Positions 37,944 through 47,531 of a stretch of DNA of 64,000 nt are shown here, piece after piece. Position 1 is the stretch's first letter. Each line of letters begins with the position of its first letter. This stretch comes from Pyrinomonadaceae bacterium (GTDB lineage: Bacteria; Acidobacteriota; Blastocatellia; Pyrinomonadales; Pyrinomonadaceae), in assembly GCA_019694395.1 (NCBI GenBank), contig JAIBCC010000003.1, forward strand, positions 1 through 64,000, given 5' to 3'. Below the pieces are notes generated by a model. It was not told where the DNA came from. It saw only the letters and a list, made by a program, of their open reading frames with translations, and made no database searches. Both the position numbers and the translations under genes were made by a program.

Positions 37944-38513
37944 ATGAATTTACCGAGCAGAGACGAATCGTTTGAATTATTGTGCGAATACACCAAAGGA
38001 AAAAGTTTGCGCCAACACGCTTTGGCGGTTGAAGCCGCAATGCGGGCTTGTGCCGAAAAATACGATGGTGACGCGGATGAATGGGGATTATGCGGAATGC
38101 TCCATGATTTTGATTACGAAATGTTTCCGACGATGGAAGAACATCCCTACAAAGGTGCAGAAATTTTACGGACTCGCGGATATTCGGAAGATTTTATCAA
38201 AGCGATCATGGGACACGCTACCTACACAGGCGTTCCGCGTGAGACGATAATGGCAAAAGCCCTCTTTGCAACAGATGAGCTTTGCGGATTTTTGGTCGCT
38301 TGCGGTTTGGTGCGACCTGATAAGAGTTTGAATAATTTGGAAGTAAAATCAGTTAAAAAGAAACTTAAAGATAAAGCCTTTGCCCGTTCGGTTAATCGTG
38401 AAGATATTTATCAAGGCGCAGAAGAACTTGGAGTTGATTTGGACGAACACATTCGTTTTGTTATTGATTCGCTCAAACCTGTCCAAGACCAAATCGGCTT
38501 AAATGCTCAGTAG
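37944..38513 (+). CDS. HD-domain phosphohydrolase-family protein
   Basis: ORF of 189 aa. LCGMLHDFDYE contains the HD dyad, and the protein has a helical HD-like architecture. Confidence 0.55.
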   Translation: MNLPSRDESFELLCEYTKGKSLRQHALAVEAAMRACAEKYDGDADEWGLCGMLHDFDYEMFPTMEEHPYKGAEILRTRGYSEDFIKAIMGHATYTGVPRETIMAKALFATDELCGFLVACGLVRPDKSLNNLEVKSVKKKLKDKAFARSVNREDIYQGAEELGVDLDEHIRFVIDSLKPVQDQIGLNAQ

Positions 38514-38544
38514 AATTAAATCAGTATAAGGACATCAAAGACTA

Positions 38545-38584
38545 AAAAGGCGAGAGTTAAAAAACTTTCGCTTTTCTATTTTTC
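38545..38584 (+). terminator. Rho-independent terminator after the HD-domain gene
   Basis: 13-bp stem aaaggcgagagtt / aactttcgctttt with an aaaa loop, followed by a T-rich tract. Confidence 0.55.
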
Positions 38585-38633
38585 AAAATATAATGTCATT
38601 GTTCTGTCAATATCTCAAAAAAGGAGTTAGCCA

Positions 38634-39605
38634 ATGAGAAATCTCTGCTTAGTTGGTTTGTTTATTTTATTAAGTGTTTTAGCAATTTTTGCTCAAAAAG
38701 AACGCGACAAGGGAGTTGAGTTTTATAATAAAGGTGACTATGAATCATCAATTAAATACCTAAGCCTTGTTGAATCAGTAAATAAAAAAGATGGAGATTT
38801 TTGGTATCTTCTTGGGATGGCTTATTTTAAGGTTTCACAATTTGATTTGAGTCGCCTCGCGCTTGAAAAAGCCGTTAAACTGAAACCTCAAAATTCAGAA
38901 TTTAGAACAAATTTAGCATTTGCCAACTTTAAAGCAAACAGACTAAAACAAGCAGAAAAAGACGCAAATGAAGCAATAAAATTAGATTCCAAAAAAGCCG
39001 ATGCTTTCTACATTCGCGGACTCGTATTTTTACGAAAAGAGAAATTTGATAATGCGATTGCCGATGCCGAACAATCTTTGGCTTTGGATAAAAGTAAAGT
39101 AAGTTATTATCAATTAAAAACCGACGCAATTCTTTATAAATTCGGGCAAGAAAGAGATAAAGGTAAAGAATTGATTGGAATGCTTGAGCCTCTCCGAAAA
39201 TCTGTTGAGATTTTAGAAGCCTGTGCGGTAAATTGTATTTCTTCATCTGACTTAACCAATAACAAAGATAAATTGGAAGTTGTGAAGACCTTTTATGAAT
39301 ACTTTTTGTCACAACTAAGTTCAGGTGATGAATCGAATATTACCGAACTTTCATTGCTGTCAAAACCGAGTGCAAACTACACAGATTCAGCTCGACGAAG
39401 CCAAATTCAGGGAACGATTACCTTAGCAGTATTTTTCTCAGCCGACGGAAATACAAAGAAATTTTTGGTTCTGCGACCTTTAAGTTACGGATTAACTGAA
39501 CAAGCGGTTGCGGCTGCTCAAAAAATAAAATTTATACCGCAAAAGAGAGGCGGCAAGCCTATTTCGGTAGTAAAATTGGTTCAATATGCTTTTAAACTTT
39601 ATTAA
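38634..39605 (+). CDS. Secreted TPR-repeat protein with C-terminal TonB-C-like domain
   Basis: Signal peptide, then several TPR-like repeats (GDFWYLLGMAYFKVSQFDLS..., ADAFYIRGLVFLRKEKFDNA...). C-terminal ...ARRSQIQGTITLAVFFSADGNTKKFLVLRPLSYGLTEQAVAAAQKIKFIP matches the TonB C-terminal domain pattern. Confidence 0.6.
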   Translation: MRNLCLVGLFILLSVLAIFAQKERDKGVEFYNKGDYESSIKYLSLVESVNKKDGDFWYLLGMAYFKVSQFDLSRLALEKAVKLKPQNSEFRTNLAFANFKANRLKQAEKDANEAIKLDSKKADAFYIRGLVFLRKEKFDNAIADAEQSLALDKSKVSYYQLKTDAILYKFGQERDKGKELIGMLEPLRKSVEILEACAVNCISSSDLTNNKDKLEVVKTFYEYFLSQLSSGDESNITELSLLSKPSANYTDSARRSQIQGTITLAVFFSADGNTKKFLVLRPLSYGLTEQAVAAAQKIKFIPQKRGGKPISVVKLVQYAFKLY

Positions 39606-39919
39606 ATTTCAAAATACAAATGATAATGATTTGCACATCCCGGATTAAACTGATGTGAGCATTTTGGGCAATTTGATTGACAAGCAAAATATTCATTAAT
39701 CGTTAATTGATGCTGACAATTTCCGCATAAAATCGCCTTCGTTTCAAATTCATTTTTCCCCCAAACCTGCGGCGGATGATTAACAAGTGCTGCGTGACAT
39801 TCAAAACAGGGAAACCATCGTTCACAACATTTGAATTTGATGGCGATAATATCAATTTCGCTGTGGTAATGTTCACAACGCGTTTGCAAATCAACCTTAA
39901 TACCTTCAACTTTTATCAT
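39602..39919 (-). CDS. CHY-type zinc-finger protein
   Basis: ORF of 105 aa with a dense Cys/His pattern (CEHYH...CCERWFPCFECH...CGNCQHQ...CPKCSHQ...CANHYH) typical of CHY zinc fingers. Confidence 0.7.
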   Translation of the reverse strand: MIKVEGIKVDLQTRCEHYHSEIDIIAIKFKCCERWFPCFECHAALVNHPPQVWGKNEFETKAILCGNCQHQLTINEYFACQSNCPKCSHQFNPGCANHYHLYFEI

Positions 39920-39924
39920 TTTAT

Positions 39925-41127
39925 TTACCGGTAAATTTTAGTTTCGGTTGGAGATTTTAACTCATATTTGATTCCGCGCCAGAGAATTTTTCGGGAAAGC
40001 AAAGCGCACACGCAATTATAGAAAAATACAGCCGGAGCAAATATCCAAAACGTGTTTTGCGTCCAGAATTGTTTATTTAGTTCTTGCTCATAATCTCTCA
40101 AAACTAATTTGACCGCGTTTAATCTGAGCCAGCTTTTTCCAATGCTAAAGATCGAAACTAAAAGAATTGTAATCAGCGGAAACCAGAAATAATTACTGAA
40201 AATCAGCAGTAAAAAACTCGTCAGCATTACCGAATTGAACAATCCCGAACCGATAAAAGACATTATCCAATATTTTGTGCCATAAACCCGCGTGATTTTC
40301 ATTTGCCGAGTGGTAAATTCGAGCATTTGAAAAAATGTGCAGTTTTCTACCGAAGCTGTCAAAGCCTGCGGAACGTGAAAGATGGGTAAATTTGCTTCAT
40401 TCATCGCGCGCGTCATCGCAAAATCATCCGATAAAACTCCGCGCCATTTTTCGCGCATTTCAATTCTTTCAAAAGTTTCGCGCCGAATCGCCATCGAACC
40501 GCCCCAACAAAAATTATTGTTGAGATTCGCGCCTAAAGCCGAAGCAATCGAGGCGTTCCAAACTGAACGCATTTCAGTTCCCAAACTGAAACTTTTGCCG
40601 ATAAACCAACGATAACTGCTGGCGCATCCGATATTTTCACCTTGTAAAGGCGCAATCAGATTTCTCAGCCAGTCCTTGCCTGGACGCGCATCCGAATCTA
40701 CAAAAACAAGAACTTTTGAATCTTCGGCAATATTCAAAACGGCTTCGCGCAGATTATGCACCTTTTGCGCTTCGTTTTCAGCTTTTCCAGAAATTACTAT
40801 CTTTGAAATTCTCTGCGACTCCGCGTCTCTGCGGTTAATATTTCTTATGACTGAAAGGGCTTCATCTTTTTCATCATCCACTACAAAAATAATTTCGTAA
40901 TTCGGGAAATCCTGTTGAAAAAGTGCTTGTAGATTCTTCTCCAAATCCTCGTCAAGCCCTTTGCACGGAGCAATTATTGAACAAAAAGGTTCGTAATCCG
41001 AGCGAGGTTTGGCTAATTCCTGTCGAAAAAAATCAAGATAGTCAAAACCACCGCGAAAAGATTTATAGCTGAAATAAATCAAAATGACGGAAAAAAAATA
41101 GAAAAAATACATAGAAAATTCAGTCAC
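39925..41127 (-). CDS. Family-2/21 glycosyltransferase (ceramide-glucosyltransferase / HpnI-like) membrane protein
   Basis: N-terminal TM, then IIFVVDDEKDEA, FVDSDARPGKDW (DxD) and SDDFAMTRA motifs as in GT2/GT21 enzymes. C-terminal TM helices are present. Confidence 0.65.
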   Translation of the reverse strand: MTEFSMYFFYFFSVILIYFSYKSFRGGFDYLDFFRQELAKPRSDYEPFCSIIAPCKGLDEDLEKNLQALFQQDFPNYEIIFVVDDEKDEALSVIRNINRRDAESQRISKIVISGKAENEAQKVHNLREAVLNIAEDSKVLVFVDSDARPGKDWLRNLIAPLQGENIGCASSYRWFIGKSFSLGTEMRSVWNASIASALGANLNNNFCWGGSMAIRRETFERIEMREKWRGVLSDDFAMTRAMNEANLPIFHVPQALTASVENCTFFQMLEFTTRQMKITRVYGTKYWIMSFIGSGLFNSVMLTSFLLLIFSNYFWFPLITILLVSIFSIGKSWLRLNAVKLVLRDYEQELNKQFWTQNTFWIFAPAVFFYNCVCALLSRKILWRGIKYELKSPTETKIYR

Positions 41128-41166
41128 AGATTATCACAGACCAAACCAATAAAACACTCGATCTTT

Positions 41167-42111
41167 CTAAGGCTGCCGTTCGTAACAAACTTCGTTTCCG
41201 TCAAAACACATAATTGTCGGTTTATCGGGACGTGTAATATCTTCCATTTTTTTAATCTCAAATTTAACGGTCATCGTCGAATTTTCCAGAGTTTTATTGA
41301 AATTTCCTTTAGCATCACAAGAATTTGTTCCAACGGATCTCATCGCTCCTAAATTAATTGTCAAAGTATTTCCGCTGATCGTAAATTTTCCGCGAGCATT
41401 CTGTGATTCGTTAATATGACACTGCATAATGCTCAAAACTTCTTTTTTTCTGGTGTATTCGACCGTTCCGTCCGCAAAAAATTGAAAGGTAAAATCTTCG
41501 CCGGATTTGAGTTTGGTTTTGCCGGTATAATCAATTGAGCTACCGCCAAGCGTGCGAAACCATTTGCCGTAAATGCTTAAGCCGCCGTTATTTTTAGTTG
41601 TGGTTGGCTGATTGTTGTTTCCGGTTTGTAATAATGAATTTGCTTCTGAACTCATAACTTCCATTAAAGCGCAAACTGCCAGATCATTGCCCGAGACAAA
41701 AAATCCTAAAACTACCTGTCGTGGAGAACTATCTTTGACGAGGGTGAAAAATTCAACACTGTCATTATTTCCGGCAGTTTCGTATTTCCAACCTGCTTTG
41801 CGAAAATTTGTTTGAATCTCGCTTGTAATTTTCGCCGTGTCTTTTCTGTTTTTATATTTTCCGCTCCAGAGCAAAACTTCGCGGTTGCCGCCCGTAATTT
41901 TGCCGTTGCCTTCTTTTAATAAATTTTCAAAGGCAGTATCAAATTCTGCCGGCATTTTCCCGGGCAGAACGCGTTGTGCATCCCAGGGCAAATTGGCATC
42001 GGTCAAATTTGAGACGGTGGTCGGCTCGGTTTCATCCTGAGCCAAAACGGTTGTGATATTAAAAAGGCAAAAAGCCGCGCATAAAATTATAAGTGCTGAT
42101 AAATTTTTCAT
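41167..42111 (-). CDS. Secreted protein, paralog A of a three-member local family
   Basis: Signal peptide. N-terminal TVSNLTDANLPWDAQRVLPGKMPAEF...GNGKITGGNREVLLWSGKYKNRKDTAKI...AGWKYE aligns with 43128-44486 and 45992-46930. The C-terminus ends in CYERQP, like paralog C (CYERTKK). Confidence 0.6.
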   Translation of the reverse strand: MKNLSALIILCAAFCLFNITTVLAQDETEPTTVSNLTDANLPWDAQRVLPGKMPAEFDTAFENLLKEGNGKITGGNREVLLWSGKYKNRKDTAKITSEIQTNFRKAGWKYETAGNNDSVEFFTLVKDSSPRQVVLGFFVSGNDLAVCALMEVMSSEANSLLQTGNNNQPTTTKNNGGLSIYGKWFRTLGGSSIDYTGKTKLKSGEDFTFQFFADGTVEYTRKKEVLSIMQCHINESQNARGKFTISGNTLTINLGAMRSVGTNSCDAKGNFNKTLENSTMTVKFEIKKMEDITRPDKPTIMCFDGNEVCYERQP

Positions 42112-42137
42112 GGAAATAACTTCTCTCCTAAATTATT

Positions 42138-42159
42138 AAAAAAGCCGCAATCGGCGGCT
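42138..42159 (-). terminator. Small terminator hairpin after the MBL-like gene (minus strand)
   Basis: agccgc(aatcg)gcggct stem-loop (42143-42159) preceded on the plus strand by AAAAAA (42138-42143), giving a U-tract on the minus strand. Confidence 0.45.
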
Positions 42160-42310
42160 AATGTTATCTAATTTATTACGCGGATTTTTGTTCCAAATCG
42201 TATCAAATTTGTGCAAAATTTTTCCGCGAATTATACAAATAAATACGAATAATTTTTATATTTTTTTATTCGTGTTCATTCGCGTTTATTAGCGGGCAAA
42301 TCTCTTTTTC

Positions 42311-43027
42311 TTAACCCAAAACTTCTTTCATAACACCCGATAAATCCTGCAATGCTTTAGCACCGTTTCCGGCAAAAGATGAACCGTGCATTACCGCAAT
42401 CGTTTTTGGATTAAGTGCCGCCAGTTTTGAAAAATTGGATTCGGTCAACGATGAATAGGGCATATAATTGGCAAATGGACCGGCTTGATAATTGACTAAA
42501 GTCTGTTTTGCCCGTTCTATCACATCGTCTTCGGTTCGCGCCTCAAGATTGCCAAGCTGGTGAAACAAATCGGAGCAAAACAAAGTTCCGTTCGTTTCCT
42601 CAAAAAGCATTCCGGCTTCCCAACAATGCGGTAAATGCGGCGTGTGCGTGAATTTGTATTTGTATTTTCCGGTCGAAAAAGTTTCGCCGTCATTTAAGGC
42701 GACCGCCGGACGAATGGCGAAATCATTGACGCTGACCATTGCTCCGACAAAACTGCAGATCGGGTTGGAGTTTGGCGCAATTGCCAGCCATTCGTTGAGC
42801 GAGCCGCATTCGTCCGCTTCAAAGTGGCTAAAACTAATCCAGCGCAAATCAGCCGGATCAATAACTTTAGCAACTGCTTCGCGCACCAACGGAAAAATTG
42901 ATTTCATTCCGGTATGAAAAAGCAGCGGCTCGTCGTCTTTGACCAGAAAATGATTAAAATTCATATCCAGTTCAGGCACATAAAGCGATAATTGATAAAC
43001 GTCTTCGGTTATTTCGGTAACTTTCAT
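42311..43027 (-). CDS. Metallo-beta-lactamase-fold protein with diiron-type HxExD(E) motif (ODP / flavodiiron-core-like)
   Basis: ORF of 238 aa. [11 protein letters not shown] resembles the HxExDH metal site of flavodiiron / ODP beta-lactamase-fold domains, but the last His is replaced by Glu. Further His residues occur (HTPHLPH). Confidence 0.45.
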   Translation of the reverse strand: MKVTEITEDVYQLSLYVPELDMNFNHFLVKDDEPLLFHTGMKSIFPLVREAVAKVIDPADLRWISFSHFEADECGSLNEWLAIAPNSNPICSFVGAMVSVNDFAIRPAVALNDGETFSTGKYKYKFTHTPHLPHCWEAGMLFEETNGTLFCSDLFHQLGNLEARTEDDVIERAKQTLVNYQAGPFANYMPYSSLTESNFSKLAALNPKTIAVMHGSSFAGNGAKALQDLSGVMKEVLG

Positions 43028-43127
43028 TATTTACTCCTTTTTAATTGTTTCTTTTGCCCGACGGTAACAAAAAGTTTGATCGGTTGCTTTAGTTAACTAA
43101 AGTCTAAGCTCATTTTTACATTTTGTT

Positions 43128-44486
43128 TTAGTTACTTTTTCTCAAAACAATCGTGTCGCCGTCATTACGGTCGGTCGGTAAAAAGCCGACTTTATGCTGC
43201 CAAGCGTCTTTGTCGTATTTTGTATAATAGATACGTATTTTGTATTTGTAGACTTGGCGTGTTTTCTTGTAATTTTCCGTTAAAAGGTTGCCGGATAGAC
43301 TGTAGGTATCGGTCATTCCATAGCTCGTAGTCGTTACGTTATCAGTATAAGCATCACGCGAAGTGCGAAATTGAGCGGCAGCACCTTTGTTAAAAGTTCC
43401 GTTGGCGTTGAAAGTGTAAGCAAGAGCGACCGAGCCGCTGGCTGCTGACCACGAACCTAGTAGATCATTTTTCAGATTGTAGGAATCGGCAATGCTTTTG
43501 AAGGTCAGGTCATACAAAATTAAATCAATGGCGCGAAGTGCCGAATCTAGGTGATTATCCGTTTGAAAAGGTTCACTACCAGCGATAACAGCGACTTTGT
43601 TACCTAATTTGACTAATAAAATGATGGCATCAAACCTTGATTCGCTGAATCCGTCATTAGAATCACTTGCTTTTTTGGCGTAACGATATGCCCGAAAATA
43701 CTCCAAACCCTGAGAGGTTCTGCCTTTTTCAAAAGTCCCGTAATCAACCTCAAAACCATTGGCAAACCAAGAATTATAACCTTTGAAAACCTGCCACAAA
43801 ATTCTATCGGCGTCGGCTTCCAGATTTCCGCTTGAATTCATCAGAGGCAAAAATGAAATTTTACTTTCATTATTCCTTAAAACAATTTCATTAGGAGAAT
43901 TGGTTCGTGACCAACCGGCAGGAGTGACAAAACTATAATCGCTGACACCTCCATTTTCGGTATTGACCTGAACACCCGGCTTTTCAATTTGAGAATTTGA
44001 ATTAATTTGTTTATCGCCGTCATTTCTTAAAACTTCAGACCAGGCAAAAACCAGTGTTCCGTCTTCTTCAGCGTAAAAGCCGATGACAGCGCGTTTGTTT
44101 GCACCATCCTTGAAAGCCGTAAAAACTGAAACTCCGTTTTCCTCGCCGCTCAGTTCGTATTGCCAACCGTTGTTTTTAAGCGTATCGGTCAGGCGATTGA
44201 CAATGGTCATTTTACCTGTCTTTTTAACTTCGCTGCCTGTCCAGACCAAAACTTCGGAATCGCCTTGACGAATTTTTCCTTCACCGGAAGCAATTAGTTT
44301 TTCGAGAGTTTGATTAACTTCGGCGGGAACGCTGTCCGGTAAAACTCTGAGTGCTTTGGGAGGTAGGGAGACACCAGTTAAATTTGAGCTGTTTGCGCCT
44401 TCGAGTCCGTCTTCGTTTTGAGCAAAGACGGAAAAGGCTGAAAATAAAGCGAATATAATTGCGAATAAATAAAACTTCTTAAACAT
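43128..44486 (-). CDS. Secreted protein, paralog B (long C-terminal extension) of the three-member family
   Basis: Likely start at MFKKFYLFAIIFALFSAFSVFAQN (44486), preceded by a Shine-Dalgarno-like AGGAG 8 nt upstream (seen as ctcct at 44495-44499 on the plus strand). The six-frame ORF extends to 44558. Shares the N-terminal domain ANSSNLTGVSLPPKALRVLPDSVPAEV...GEGKIRQGDSEVLVWTG...NGWQYE. Confidence 0.6.
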   Translation of the reverse strand: MFKKFYLFAIIFALFSAFSVFAQNEDGLEGANSSNLTGVSLPPKALRVLPDSVPAEVNQTLEKLIASGEGKIRQGDSEVLVWTGSEVKKTGKMTIVNRLTDTLKNNGWQYELSGEENGVSVFTAFKDGANKRAVIGFYAEEDGTLVFAWSEVLRNDGDKQINSNSQIEKPGVQVNTENGGVSDYSFVTPAGWSRTNSPNEIVLRNNESKISFLPLMNSSGNLEADADRILWQVFKGYNSWFANGFEVDYGTFEKGRTSQGLEYFRAYRYAKKASDSNDGFSESRFDAIILLVKLGNKVAVIAGSEPFQTDNHLDSALRAIDLILYDLTFKSIADSYNLKNDLLGSWSAASGSVALAYTFNANGTFNKGAAAQFRTSRDAYTDNVTTTSYGMTDTYSLSGNLLTENYKKTRQVYKYKIRIYYTKYDKDAWQHKVGFLPTDRNDGDTIVLRKSN

Positions 44487-44573
44487 AAAACTCCTGTTTT
44501 TTTGTGCAAAAAATGCTTTCCATCTACTTACGTGCAGATCAATTTGGAAATGTATCAATAAAAATTCCGTAAC

Positions 44574-45647
44574 TTAATCTTCCTCATTTTCTTTATCAGC
44601 TACTTTTTCTTTAGTGACTATATTTTTGCCATTAGGTTGAGTGATATTGAGTTCAACCGTATTCCAACCGCCGTATTGCGGTATCACCATATTGGCTCGG
44701 GCATCTCCGGGTGCAAAGGTCAAAATCGCGCTGTCGGTAGTTTCAGTCGGACTAATTCCGAATTGACTGTTTTGCGGTTTGTTCAGTTCCATTTTGAGCG
44801 GTTTACCGTCGTCGGTTTTGACCGAGATCTTATATTTTCCGAGCGGTAAATTATTGATATAAAATCCACCGCGAAAACTGATGATTTTGTTGATTGTGAA
44901 GCTCTTTGGAACGGTAATTCCGTCATACATTTCGCCTTCCGGTGTGAGGGTGATCTTGATAACCGAACCTTCAACTAAACTGCCTTCTGACGGATAATTA
45001 TCATCGGCTGAAACGGTGTAATAATGAATGTAAACCGAACCGCCGTAATAACTTGAAGCGAGATGCGGACTTTGCTGGACGTTTTCACGGCTGGTGATGC
45101 CGTAGGGAAGCAGGACAAAATTTTCGACTCCGCCGATATTTGAAGCAAAACTGTCCAATTTCCCGTCTGCCGGATGTAAACCGATTGCCGCCAGACTGTC
45201 ATCGCCCCATTCAATGGCATAACCCGCGTTGTAAAAATGAGCGACACCTGCGGGAACTTCAAATTCGTAATAACCGTCAGAATCAGTTTCTCCTTGCGAA
45301 CCTGAATAAGCTCCGCCAACCGCTGTCGAACGAACTCCGAGCTGTGCGCCTTTTAGCGGATTGCCGTTTATATCCTTGACATAACCGCGAACTTTTCCCG
45401 GCTTGGCTGATAATTCGTCAAACTCAGGCATTTCGGGCAGTTCTTTGCCCATTACGTTGATGTAATCGGTATTTTTATCAACCTTCAATGTTTTTGCCTC
45501 GCCGGGATTTGAAGGCTTTTCGTTTTTGGTCTTTGAATTTTTAGATTCGGTTTTTCGGCTCTTTGCCAGCGAAAAAGGCAAACAGGCTGAAAAATTAAGA
45601 CTCAGTAAAACTATCGGTAAAATTAATAAATATGATTTCGGTCGCAT
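44574..45647 (-). CDS. Lipoprotein with carboxypeptidase-regulatory-like (CarboxypepD_reg) beta-sandwich domain
   Basis: Likely start at MRPKSYLLILPIVLLSLNFSAC (lipobox). The six-frame ORF begins 13 codons earlier, at 45686. GKVRGYVKDINGNPLKGAQLGVRS...DSDGYYEFEVPAG is CarboxypepD_reg-like. Stop is 15 bp upstream of the paralog B start. Confidence 0.6.
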   Translation of the reverse strand: MRPKSYLLILPIVLLSLNFSACLPFSLAKSRKTESKNSKTKNEKPSNPGEAKTLKVDKNTDYINVMGKELPEMPEFDELSAKPGKVRGYVKDINGNPLKGAQLGVRSTAVGGAYSGSQGETDSDGYYEFEVPAGVAHFYNAGYAIEWGDDSLAAIGLHPADGKLDSFASNIGGVENFVLLPYGITSRENVQQSPHLASSYYGGSVYIHYYTVSADDNYPSEGSLVEGSVIKITLTPEGEMYDGITVPKSFTINKIISFRGGFYINNLPLGKYKISVKTDDGKPLKMELNKPQNSQFGISPTETTDSAILTFAPGDARANMVIPQYGGWNTVELNITQPNGKNIVTKEKVADKENEED

Positions 45648-45746
45648 AAAACTCTCCATTTGAAAAGGGCGAATAATTAGTCTCAATTACCAACGCGGAA
45701 AAAAGGTTTGGATCATATCAAAAAAGGTTTCTAAAAAGTAAATTCC

Positions 45747-45929
45747 TTAAAGTCCCCAACGGGGACAAAGATAATAGCGTAGGGTAAAGCGAATGTAATG
45801 AGCGACACCCTACGTTGATTGAAAGAAATAATCCGACACTGTAAGTGTCGAACAGTCAATATTTGGTGTTCGACTCCTTCAGAGTCGGATTTTCTTTTTT
45901 TAGCGGACGTAGGGATTCTCCCTACGCTA
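45747..45929. repeat. Copy 2 (inverted) of the ~170-bp structured repeat seen at 95-261
   Basis: GTCCCCAACGGGGAC palindrome at 45752-45766, hairpins cgtaggg...ccctacg at 45776-45816 and 45901-45929, and shared central block cgactccttcag. Colinear with the reverse complement of copy 1. Confidence 0.7.
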
Positions 45930-45991
45930 TTTTATTTGTCACCTTCGGCGACTTTTCAAAATATTTCTTTCATTGATGTTAAATTCCCGGA

Positions 45992-46930
45992 CTATTTTTT
46001 CGTGCGTTCGTAGCAGGCTTCGTTTGTTCCGCTATTGAGGCAGATTTCGTCTTTGCCGTAATCGTTGCGTTTGATACGAAAAGTATATGTTTCGGGGTCT
46101 AATTTGTAATTTTTCTCCGAATTGCTCGAAGGCGCACAGCTATTTTGTTTACGCCAGTAATTTTTGGTCGGAATGAGCTTGATTTGCGAACCGTTGATGA
46201 CATAACTGCCCGATTTTTCGTTATAAAGCGTATCAGTGCAGCTATAATTAACGGTTTGCGCCAATCCGGTGAACAAAAATTTGCCGTTGGACATAAACTG
46301 ATATTCAAAACGGGTGCTGCTGCCGGGACTGGTCATTCCGGTAATCGTATTTTGCCGAGTGACCATCGAAACTCTGCCGTTATACCAGTTTCCGATGATA
46401 CTGGAATTTGAATCGCCGTTTGAATTGGTTTCAGTTTGTTCATTATTTTGCGAACTATCCGTATTTGATCCGGTTGGTAAAACTTCTATCCAACCGAGAA
46501 CCAAAGTTCCGTCAGATTCTCCGTAAAATCCCATAATTGCGCGGCGTTTTGCTCCGTCTCTGAGCAGGCTGAAAACCGTCACACCATTTTCAACTCCGCC
46601 GACTTCGTATTTCCATCCGGCAACTTTCATTGTGTCCATCAAACGATTAATAGTTGTTTGCAGCCCGACTTTTTGATAGGAAGTGCCTGTCCAAACGAGA
46701 ACTTCCGAATCGCCTTGCTGAAATTTACCTTCTCCGGCAGCTACGAATTTTTCGAGCGTTTGGGTGATCTCAGCCGGAACTTTATCGGGCGACATTCTCA
46801 GCGCATTTGCCGGAAGCGAAACTTTGGTTAAATTTGAACTGGTAGCAGCTTCAAAACCTTCTTCGGTTTGGGCGAATATCGAAACAGTTGAAAATAAAGC
46901 GATTAAAATTGCAGATAAATAAATTTTCAT
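45992..46930 (-). CDS. Secreted protein, paralog C of the three-member family
   Basis: Likely start at MKIYLSAILIALFSTVSIFAQT (46930). The six-frame ORF extends to 46996. N-terminal ATSSNLTKVSLPANALRMSPDKVPAEI...GEGKFQQGDSEVLVWTG...AGWKYE. C-terminal ...CYERTKK. Confidence 0.6.
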   Translation of the reverse strand: MKIYLSAILIALFSTVSIFAQTEEGFEAATSSNLTKVSLPANALRMSPDKVPAEITQTLEKFVAAGEGKFQQGDSEVLVWTGTSYQKVGLQTTINRLMDTMKVAGWKYEVGGVENGVTVFSLLRDGAKRRAIMGFYGESDGTLVLGWIEVLPTGSNTDSSQNNEQTETNSNGDSNSSIIGNWYNGRVSMVTRQNTITGMTSPGSSTRFEYQFMSNGKFLFTGLAQTVNYSCTDTLYNEKSGSYVINGSQIKLIPTKNYWRKQNSCAPSSNSEKNYKLDPETYTFRIKRNDYGKDEICLNSGTNEACYERTKK

Positions 46931-47032
46931 AATTTTAGGAAACCTCACATAAAAAATAGGACAATCTTTACAGAAAAAAATGTAAAAATTGTCCAAAGTA
47001 ACGAATGAAAAATAAATTTTAGTTAGTCCCGG

Positions 47033-47359
47033 TTATTCGTTAACGCCGAAACGAATTATTAAAATGGTGGCTAAAATTGCAGCTCCAACCCCAACTCCTA
47101 TCAAAACTTTCGTTTGAGTAGAGAATTTTTTGCCCTGGGCTTTCTGCTTGCGGTAATCAGCCATTGTTTCTTTTATTTCCAAATTTGGCTGAACTTCTTT
47201 TTTCAAAAATGAATCTTTAACTTTTTCATTTTTAGCTTCTTTATTAATTAAAATTGGTTGATTTTCACCACTCAATTTTGCTTGGGCAAAAACACTGACG
47301 CTTGATGCGATACTCAGAACTACGACTAACAATCCGATTGAAATAGTTTTCTTAAACAT
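47033..47359 (-). CDS. Small bitopic protein (signal peptide plus C-terminal TM), tandem paralog 1
   Basis: 108 aa: MFKKTISIGLLVVVLSIASSVSVFAQA...ADYRKQKAQ...KVLIGVGVGAAILATILII. The paralog at 47532-47882 includes an identical RBS context (aaggagaaaaattatg). Confidence 0.55.
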   Translation of the reverse strand: MFKKTISIGLLVVVLSIASSVSVFAQAKLSGENQPILINKEAKNEKVKDSFLKKEVQPNLEIKETMADYRKQKAQGKKFSTQTKVLIGVGVGAAILATILIIRFGVNE

Positions 47360-47531
47360 AATTTTTCTCCTTGGTTTTTTTTTGGTAAAACTTGTGAATA
47401 TAATTCCGAATAAATGAAACTTCTTAAACTATGGTAAAACTACTTTAGATTGATATTTAGATTTGCCCTTTGTTCGTTGATTCTCTTTTAATTTAATAGA
47501 GCAGTTTCTGTCAAAGACCAAAGAAATTTTA

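Noticed and set aside
42311-43027. Calling the MBL-fold gene a true beta-lactamase or glyoxalase II
   Set aside because: The canonical HxHxDH motif is absent (the sequence reads HFEADE). Only a generic MBL-fold / diiron-like assignment is defensible.
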